DNA from: Chloroflexia bacterium | GTDB taxonomy: Bacteria > Chloroflexota > Chloroflexia > QHBQ01 > JADMIH01 | Assembly: GCA_038324555.1 (NCBI GenBank) | Contig: JBBQIC010000002.1 | Location: 1-38,107, forward strand | DNA: 38,107 nt | Direction: 5' to 3' | In this document: piece after piece, positions 15,863 to 22,381 of the stretch | How positions within the stretch are numbered: position 1 is the first letter of the stretch | Layout of the letters: the number at the start of each line of letters is the position of its first letter | Program-made: the position numbers and the translations under genes | Notes under the pieces: generated by a model | Database searches by the model: none | What the model saw: the letters and a program-made list of their open reading frames with translations, nothing else | What the model was told of the DNA's origin: nothing

Positions 15863-17902
15863 ATGACCGATTTTATGCACAATTTAATCCCTGTGGCAAG
15901 GGATAGCGGCTCGCCTGACATCGCGTGGCGGCCCACCCCCTTCTACGTTGAACGCAGCCGCTTGCGCCATTTCATGGACCGCCAGGGTATTAGCTCAGTA
16001 GCCGAGTTACTTGCGTGGTCTACAAACGATCCGCCCTGGTTCTGGGACGCGGTAGTCAAGGACCTGGAACTTGAATGGTTCAAGCCATATAATCAGGCGC
16101 TTGACATCTCGAATGGTATTGAGTGGGCGCGCTGGTTCGTAGACGCACAGTACAACTACGTCCATGACGCGGTTGACAAGCACGCCCTTCGGCTGCGCCC
16201 GCAAGCCACAGCCCTCGCCTGGGAAGGCGAAGATGGCGAGGTCCGCACGCTTACTTATTCCCAGCTTTACGCGCAGGTAAACCAGGCGGCGAATGCCCTC
16301 AAATCACTGGGCATAGTCAAGGGAGACCGTATAGGCGTATTCATGCCCATGATACCGGAGACAGCGATTGCCACGCTAGCCATCTCCAAGATCGGGGCCA
16401 TTTTCACGCCTATCTTCTCCGGCTATGGCGGCGCTGCGGTCGCTTCGAGGCTCAGAGACTGCGAAGCCCGACTCCTCATTACAGCAGATGGTTTCTATCG
16501 AGCAGGCAAACAAATAGCGATGAAACAAGTCGCCGACGAAGCCGCGTCAGGTAGTCCCAGCCTGGAACATATGCTGGTGGTTCGCCGCGTGGGGAATGAA
16601 GTACCCTGGACGAGCGGGCGCGACGTATGGTGGCACGAACTGGTCGAATCGCAGAGCCAGGAGTGCCCAACCGAGCACACGGACGCCGAAGACCCCTACA
16701 TGATAATCTACACGTCCGGCACTACGGGTCGCCCAAAAGGGGCGGTACACGTTCACACAGGCTTCCCCATCAAAGCCGCCCAGGAGCTAGCCCACTGCTT
16801 CGACCTGCACGCAGGAGATACGCTCTTCTGGATCAGCGACATCGGCTGGATGATGGGACCATGGGCTATCGCGGGCGCACTGATGCTGGGAGCGACCTGC
16901 TTCCTGTACGAAGGCGCTATCAACCATCCGCAGCCCGACCGCGTGTGGGCATTGGTCGAACGCCACCGCGTCACCCACCTCGGCATATCGCCCACCGCCG
17001 TGCGCTCGCTCATGGGGCAGGGAGGGACGATGGACGATGGACGATGGACGATGGACGATAGTAACCATCGTCCATCGTCCGACCAATGGGTGCGCGCCCA
17101 CGACCTGAGCAGCTTACTCTTCCTGGCGGGCGCGGGCGAACCCTGGAACCCCGGCCCATGGCGCTGGCTGTTTGACGTGATTGGAGAAGGCAGACTTCCG
17201 ATTATCAACTATTCGGGAGGCACGGAGGTATCGGGGGGTATCCTCAGTTGCAACCCTCTCCTACCTCTGAAGCCTTGCGCCTTCAGCGCCCCCGTGCCCG
17301 GCATGGCCGCTGACGTGATAGACGAAGAAGGCAAGCCGGTACGCGGCGCGGTGGGTGAACTAGCCATCAGGCAACCCTGGCCCGGCATGACGAAGGGCTT
17401 CTGGGGTGATCCAGAGCGCTACCTAGACACCTACTGGTCGCGCGTCCCTGGTCTGTGGGTGCATGGCGACTGGGCGCGGGTTGACGAAGACGGCTTCTGG
17501 TATATCCTGGGTCGCTCGGACGACACCATTAAGGTAGCGGGCAAGCGCGTAGGCCCTGCGGAAGTGGAGTCGGCGGCGGTCGCGCACCCTGGAGTAGCGG
17601 AAGCGGCGGCTATCGGCGTACCCGATGCGCTCAAAGGCGAGGCTCTGGTGGTGTTCGTGGCGCTGCGTTCCGGCTACGCGGAAAGCGAAAAGTTGCGAGC
17701 CGAAGTCGAGGCGACAATCATCGCCCATTTGGGAAAATCACTCAAACCGCAAGCGGTAAAGTTCGTAAGCGACCTGCCGCGCACCCGCAACGGCAAAATC
17801 CTCCGCCGCCTGGTGCGAAGCAGCTATCTCGGCGAGCTACCAGGCGACCTGTCGGCCCTGGAAAACCACACAGCCCTTGCGGCTATCGCTGAAGCAAGAT
17901 AA
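15863..17902 (+). CDS. AMP-forming acyl-CoA synthetase (acetate/acetoacetate-CoA ligase family) carrying an in-frame repeat insertion
   Basis: ORF track 15779..17902. I prefer ATG 15863, preceded by aagggg. AMP-binding signature IIYTSGTTGRPKG, the GEPWNP motif and the C-terminal PRTRNGKILRR. Confidence 0.9.
   Translation: MTDFMHNLIPVARDSGSPDIAWRPTPFYVERSRLRHFMDRQGISSVAELLAWSTNDPPWFWDAVVKDLELEWFKPYNQALDISNGIEWARWFVDAQYNYVHDAVDKHALRLRPQATALAWEGEDGEVRTLTYSQLYAQVNQAANALKSLGIVKGDRIGVFMPMIPETAIATLAISKIGAIFTPIFSGYGGAAVASRLRDCEARLLITADGFYRAGKQIAMKQVADEAASGSPSLEHMLVVRRVGNEVPWTSGRDVWWHELVESQSQECPTEHTDAEDPYMIIYTSGTTGRPKGAVHVHTGFPIKAAQELAHCFDLHAGDTLFWISDIGWMMGPWAIAGALMLGATCFLYEGAINHPQPDRVWALVERHRVTHLGISPTAVRSLMGQGGTMDDGRWTMDDSNHRPSSDQWVRAHDLSSLLFLAGAGEPWNPGPWRWLFDVIGEGRLPIINYSGGTEVSGGILSCNPLLPLKPCAFSAPVPGMAADVIDEEGKPVRGAVGELAIRQPWPGMTKGFWGDPERYLDTYWSRVPGLWVHGDWARVDEDGFWYILGRSDDTIKVAGKRVGPAEVESAAVAHPGVAEAAAIGVPDALKGEALVVFVALRSGYAESEKLRAEVEATIIAHLGKSLKPQAVKFVSDLPRTRNGKILRRLVRSSYLGELPGDLSALENHTALAAIAEAR
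17025..17080. repeat. heptamer hairpin (GGACGAT)5-agtaacc-(ATCGTCC)2 inside the acyl-CoA synthetase CDS
   Basis: Read directly. Translated in-frame as (T)MDDGRWTMDDSNHRPSS. Confidence 0.9.
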
Positions 17903-17905
17903 AGC

Positions 17906-17967
17906 AGGAAATAGGAACACCGGTAGGGGCGCACGGCCGTGCGCCCCTACCGGTGTTCCTATTTCCT
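17906..17967. repeat. 62-nt perfect palindrome containing copy 2 of GTAGGGGCGCACGGCCGTGCGCCCCTAC; likely bidirectional terminator
   Basis: The arm aggaaataggaacaccggtaggggcgcacgg and its exact reverse complement. It starts 4 nt after the synthetase stop and lies between convergent genes. Confidence 0.85.
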
Positions 17968-17971
17968 CACC

Positions 17972-18280
17972 CTACTCTCGCGTAGAAACCGTCGCGCGGG
18001 CCAAAGCTTTTGTGGCGTCCTTCCTGGTAGCCGTGAATATCGCGGCTACCATGGCTGCATGAAAGCCTGCGGCAGCCAGGTAGGCAGGTGTGTTAGGCGA
18101 GCCTATAGCAGAGAGCGTCTGGATAAATACGATGCCTATGGAACTCCACAGTATGACATAGCGTCCCAAGCGAAAATTGAGCCACATAAACGTGGCATAA
18201 GCTATACAGGCAGCTACCAGAACGAATGCTTCCGGCCAAGACGTAATAAACGAAGACATAAAGAAAACCAGCCCTTTCAT
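17972..18280 (-). CDS. small hypothetical membrane protein
   Basis: ORF track, 102 aa, with about three hydrophobic segments. No clear RBS, so the start is uncertain. Confidence 0.45.
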   Translation of the reverse strand: MKGLVFFMSSFITSWPEAFVLVAACIAYATFMWLNFRLGRYVILWSSIGIVFIQTLSAIGSPNTPAYLAAAGFHAAMVAAIFTATRKDATKALARATVSTRE

Positions 18281-18479
18281 ATAAGGATTTGCGTGGAACT
18301 ATTTGGTTCTACTAATCTTCGCCTATTCTGAGCGAATTGTCAATGGTTCATTTGGTAATGTCTCGAATGGTTATATCTTCCTATGTTCCGTTGTTCCGTA
18401 TTTCCTACGTATTTCCCATACGTAATTTGCGGTAGTATTGAGTTACGCAATCTCTTGGAGGATGAGGACCGAACCAGCT

Positions 18480-18510
18480 GTGTCATTCTGAACGGAGTGA
18501 AGAATGACAC
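18480..18510. repeat. solo or collapsed member of the GTCATTCTGA(G/A)CGGAG(C/T)GAAGAAT family
   Basis: The sequence gtgtcattctgaacggagtgaagaatgacac folds on itself (gtgtcattc/gaatgacac). It lies about 44 nt downstream of the nitroreductase stop. Confidence 0.7.
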
Positions 18511-18553
18511 TGGTTACCCTGACTCTTCCATTCAACAGGCTGCGTAGGATAAG

Positions 18554-19144
18554 TTACCAGCTTTCGCGGTGGACGTATTCGGCATCGGGTGTGCGGCCAC
18601 GCTTCAGCGAGGGCGAGGGTACGTCGGGCGCGCGGTGACCAACGGGGATGATGCCGACCGGGGTGACTTGAGCAGGGATGCCCAGGACGGCGCGGAGGGC
18701 ATTGAGGTCGTGGGCGCCTGTGAAGCCTGCGGAGAGGCCCTCGTTGACAATGGCGAGGAGCAGTACCATTACTGAGCATCCAGCGTCCATGTGCCAGTAA
18801 GGGACGGGCCACTCTATCTCGCTGCCGTCAGACTGTGTTTTATCGGGTTCGCTATAGCGGCGATGGTAGGCCTCTTCGCTGGTGCAGGCGACGATGAGGA
18901 CTGGCGCTACCGAAATCCATGGGTCGAAGCCGCGAGCGACGTACTCCCCTTCGTCGCAGAGATCAGAGATGGCCTTTTTGAGGTCTGGGCGGGTGACCAC
19001 GACGTAGGATTGGCCCTGTGTGAAACCGGCGCTAGGCGCGTGGCGGGCGAGGTCGAGTATGCGGTCTATGACTTCGGGTGGGACTGGCTCATTGGTGAAG
19101 TTGCGTACCATGCGACGCTTCAGCACTACTTCTGTGAACTCCAT
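18554..19144 (-). CDS. nitroreductase family protein
   Basis: ORF track, 196 aa. The N-terminus LKRRMVRNFTNEPVPPEVIDRILDLARHAPSAGFTQ is the classic nitroreductase opening. RBS is ggagg. Confidence 0.85.
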   Translation of the reverse strand: MEFTEVVLKRRMVRNFTNEPVPPEVIDRILDLARHAPSAGFTQGQSYVVVTRPDLKKAISDLCDEGEYVARGFDPWISVAPVLIVACTSEEAYHRRYSEPDKTQSDGSEIEWPVPYWHMDAGCSVMVLLLAIVNEGLSAGFTGAHDLNALRAVLGIPAQVTPVGIIPVGHRAPDVPSPSLKRGRTPDAEYVHRESW

Positions 19145-19159
19145 TATTTACCTCCTCGT

Positions 19160-20512
19160 TTATTGATTTATGACTTGAGTAATTGCGGTGGCTACCGCCA
19201 GCAGGTGTTCCTCGCCCCAGCGCCGACCGACGAGTTGCACCCCTATGGGAAGGCCGTCTGGGTCGTGGCCTACGGGGATGACAACTGCCGGGTGGCCGGT
19301 AAGGTTGAAGGGCGCGCAGTGGCCTATGATGCGCCAATAATTGACTTGCTCGCCGTCTACCTGCAAGGGAGCGCCTGTTTCGCAGTGGGGGAAGGCGGTG
19401 GTCATGGCGACGGGGCAGAGCAGCACGTCCCATTCAGTGAAAAAGCGTTCCCATTCATGGATGAAGGCGTCACGTCTCTGTAGAGCGGCGAAATAGTCAG
19501 CCAGGGTAGGCATTGGGTCTTCTGATGGTGGAATGGAGACCGCGCCGATGGCTTTTGACAATTGCACTCTCACTTTGGCTTGCTCCTCGAAACTAAGGTT
19601 AGGCAGTTGCTCTTCCACTTGCGCGCCCAGGCGGTCTAGCTCGGACGCGAGGCGGTCCAGGGCACTGCGGATGGGGCCACTCACGGGCACACCGGGGAAG
19701 GTGGGCGTCCAGGCGATGCGGAGGTCTTGCAAGCGGGGGATGGGCACACCTGACCATGCCAGCGGAGGCACATCGGGATCGTGACCATCGGGACCAGTGA
19801 TGATTTGGAAGGCCAGCGCGAGGTCGTCCAGGCTGCGGGCGAGGGGGCCAATGGACCACAGGATGCGGTTGGTTCGCACAGAGCCGGGCAGGTCCGGTAT
19901 GTGGCCGCGCATGGAGACGCGGTGCTCGGTGGGCTTGAGGCCGTAGACGCCGCAGAAGTGGGCGGGGATGCGTATGGAGCCTGCGAAGTCGCTGCCTATA
20001 TCGAGCGGCGTCATGTTTGCCGCCAACGCCGCGCACGCTCCGCCGCTCGAGCCTCCTGCCGTTTTTGAGGGGTCGTAGGGGTTGTTGGTGCGGCCAAAGA
20101 TGGGGTTGTTGGACTGGAGGTCCATCAGCAATTCTGCGACGTTGGTCTTGCCCATGATGATCGCGCCCGCACCCTTCAAGCGGGCTGCTACTGTGCCGTC
20201 TATGTCTGGTATATACTCGGACAGTGGAGGGTAGCCAGCAGTGGTGCGCATACCTGCGGTGGAGTGGCAGTCCTTCAGCGTGACGGGTACGCCGTGCAGA
20301 GGCCCCCATAGCTCGCCCCGCGCCAGGGCAGCGTCGGCCTCCTGCGCCCGCTTTCGTACGCCTTCTTCGTCAAGGGTAACGATGGCGTTGAGAGCGGGAT
20401 TGCGCGAGGCTATCTGCGCGAGGTGGGCGTCTACTACTTCGAGGGATGAGACGCTGTGCTCGCGGATGGCGGCGGAGAGTTGGGTTGCGGTGAGGGAGGT
20501 TAGGGTTTGCAC
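19160..20512 (-). CDS. amidase (amidase-signature family, GatA-like)
   Basis: ORF track, 450 aa. AS signature GGSSGGACAALAA and KDCHSTAGMRTTAG. Confidence 0.9.
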   Translation of the reverse strand: MQTLTSLTATQLSAAIREHSVSSLEVVDAHLAQIASRNPALNAIVTLDEEGVRKRAQEADAALARGELWGPLHGVPVTLKDCHSTAGMRTTAGYPPLSEYIPDIDGTVAARLKGAGAIIMGKTNVAELLMDLQSNNPIFGRTNNPYDPSKTAGGSSGGACAALAANMTPLDIGSDFAGSIRIPAHFCGVYGLKPTEHRVSMRGHIPDLPGSVRTNRILWSIGPLARSLDDLALAFQIITGPDGHDPDVPPLAWSGVPIPRLQDLRIAWTPTFPGVPVSGPIRSALDRLASELDRLGAQVEEQLPNLSFEEQAKVRVQLSKAIGAVSIPPSEDPMPTLADYFAALQRRDAFIHEWERFFTEWDVLLCPVAMTTAFPHCETGAPLQVDGEQVNYWRIIGHCAPFNLTGHPAVVIPVGHDPDGLPIGVQLVGRRWGEEHLLAVATAITQVINQ

Positions 20513-20514
20513 AT

Positions 20515-21066
20515 CTAATTCTCCCCGAATGTACGTTTGAGCGCCTGATATATTTCCCGTTGAGTAGAACGAGGGGTGCGCCGTATTCTTGCAATTATGT
20601 TAAGCGCGCTTTCACTTGGAGTTTGGATGTTCGATCTGCCTTGATTACACGCCGAGCAAACGGCACGCAAATTCTCTGGATCATCGGTGCCACTCTGGCT
20701 GATAGGGATAATATGATCAACGTGAAGACGTACTTTTCTATTGGGATTGAATGGATCTGGGTCGCCCGCACCCGCACCGCATAACTGACAAGTGAAACCA
20801 TTTCTCTCCAAAATGAGGGTTCGTAGCTGAGGAGAAATGCTCCTCCCTATTGCAGGGAACCTATCAAGGCTTTCAAGAATATACTCACCAGGCTTCAAAT
20901 CATGACGGTCAACGTGAGACTTTATTTGCAGGCCTTCTTCGTCACGCAACTCCCTTATACGTCGTGCATACTCACTGATGCCCCCTACCTCTCTGACCTG
21001 CTGGGTAGTTACGACTTTTCCTACGTTAGCCTCGAAAAAAGACCTAATGCGGTCACGGGCGCTCAT
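20515..21066 (-). CDS. HNH endonuclease, probable restriction partner of the adjacent C5-methyltransferase
   Basis: ORF track, 183 aa. HNH/zinc motif CQLCG...HVDHIIPISQSGTDDPENLRAVCSACN with a wHTH-like N-terminal region. Sits directly downstream of the MTase on the same strand. Confidence 0.8.
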   Translation of the reverse strand: MSARDRIRSFFEANVGKVVTTQQVREVGGISEYARRIRELRDEEGLQIKSHVDRHDLKPGEYILESLDRFPAIGRSISPQLRTLILERNGFTCQLCGAGAGDPDPFNPNRKVRLHVDHIIPISQSGTDDPENLRAVCSACNQGRSNIQTPSESALNIIARIRRTPRSTQREIYQALKRTFGEN

Positions 21067-21122
21067 ATTGCTGTTGCACTCTCTTTAGGCTTATTGCGCT
21101 TCTCTGTTTCTTTGAAAAGGCA

Positions 21123-22286
21123 TTAGGCAACTTGTTGGTTTTCCTTCATTAAAAGAAGTGAGTATACACAACTCGCAATGTGTGAGGCTAATAACGGCGG
21201 GACTGCATTTCCGATCTGTTTAGCGATTTCAATCTTACTACCGCAAAAATGGAATGAGTCCGGAAATGACTGAAGCCTAGCGGCCTCACGATGGGTGATT
21301 GGGCGATGTTGTAATGGATGTAAGTAGCGCCCTTTCTCCGGCTTGAAGAATTCCGTCCTAATAGTAAACGCGGGTCGATCCCACCACAGACGCCCAAATA
21401 GATCCGTTCCTCCGCTCTTCTTGCGAATCCAGCATGAGGGTGTTAGTTCGAGAGCGCGTCTCTGCAAGTCAAAGCGATTCATTCCTTCATCAGGCACAGC
21501 TTTATAACGCTCTAAGCTCATTTGGGTGGGCGACCGACCAAAATGCAAGTCCAACGGAGGCGGTTCCTTACGTATCTCGGTACCAACCGGAGCGGTAAGG
21601 TCCCCGATGGCATCTCGAACCGTACTCCAAGGTTGGAGACGGTGGGGATGTCCATCAGATGTGTCATATACGGTAATGGCTATGCCAAGCTTTGGATTAT
21701 GATGCGTAGCTGGTGGTGGGAATATAGAGGAGGGGTCTGCAAAGCGGCAGCCAATAATAAAAGCTCTCCATCTAATTTGAGGAACGCCAAAATCAGCCGC
21801 GCATAACTTTCCCCATGCCATTTTGAAACCAAGCGTTTTCGCTACTTGGATTATTTCCTTGTGCTCTGGCGAGCCTAGCAACTGAGGCACATTTTCCATT
21901 ATGAATAATTGAGCATCAGCCCGTTCAACCACTTCAAAAAATGGTCGCCACAACTGCTTCCTAGTATCAGTTTCTCGATTCTTATTTAGTAAGCTGAAGC
22001 CCTGGCAAGGTGGTCCCCCAACTACCACATCAGCACGGGGAATGGTGACCACTGGGTTGTTAAGAATGTCTACAATATCTCCATAGGTACAGTGCTCACC
22101 AAAATTGCTGTTATATGTGGCGACAGCATATTTGTTGAAATCGTTTGCCCAAACAGGTTCAAAATCATAACCGAATTCTCCTGTGAAGCCCAAAGTTAAT
22201 CCGCCTGCCCCGGAGAACAGGTCTATTAGGCGGAAACGATGATACCTATTGCGGTGTGGAGCTTCTAATTGAAGGGAATTGAGCAT
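21123..22286 (-). CDS. DNA (cytosine-5)-methyltransferase
   Basis: ORF track 21123..22421. I prefer ATG at 22286 (aagga upstream), which removes the overlap with the CoxL-like gene. Motif I DLFSGAGGLTLGF, motif IV GGPPCQGFS, motif VI MENV, motif X QIGNAVPPLLA. Confidence 0.9.
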   Translation of the reverse strand: MLNSLQLEAPHRNRYHRFRLIDLFSGAGGLTLGFTGEFGYDFEPVWANDFNKYAVATYNSNFGEHCTYGDIVDILNNPVVTIPRADVVVGGPPCQGFSLLNKNRETDTRKQLWRPFFEVVERADAQLFIMENVPQLLGSPEHKEIIQVAKTLGFKMAWGKLCAADFGVPQIRWRAFIIGCRFADPSSIFPPPATHHNPKLGIAITVYDTSDGHPHRLQPWSTVRDAIGDLTAPVGTEIRKEPPPLDLHFGRSPTQMSLERYKAVPDEGMNRFDLQRRALELTPSCWIRKKSGGTDLFGRLWWDRPAFTIRTEFFKPEKGRYLHPLQHRPITHREAARLQSFPDSFHFCGSKIEIAKQIGNAVPPLLASHIASCVYSLLLMKENQQVA

Positions 22287-22381
22287 TAGTAATCCTTGCT
22301 TGGGAGCACTTGGCGCATAGTTTTCTGTATAATACCACAATCGTAGCTCGGAGGAAGTGTTATTCTCCAAAGCCACTGGGG

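Noticed and set aside
17025-17080. Possibility that the in-frame inserts are inteins, introns or programmed frameshift sites.
   Set aside because: They are only about 57-75 nt and lack intein splicing residues or blocks and intron structures. The frame is continuous without any shift, so a repeat-element insertion is the simpler reading.
16627-17208. ORFs 16627..17061(+), 16753..17208(-) and 16787..17101(-) containing WTMDD/HRPSS-like strings, and likewise 23081..23602(+) and 23206..23439(-).
   Set aside because: They exist because the heptamer hairpin is stop-free in several frames on both strands. They overlap well-supported enzyme genes.
18483-20309. ORFs 18483..18812(-), 18791..19483(+), 19089..19433(-) and 19599..20309(-).
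   Set aside because: They are Arg/Pro-rich alternative-frame products of GC-rich coding DNA inside the nitroreductase and amidase genes.
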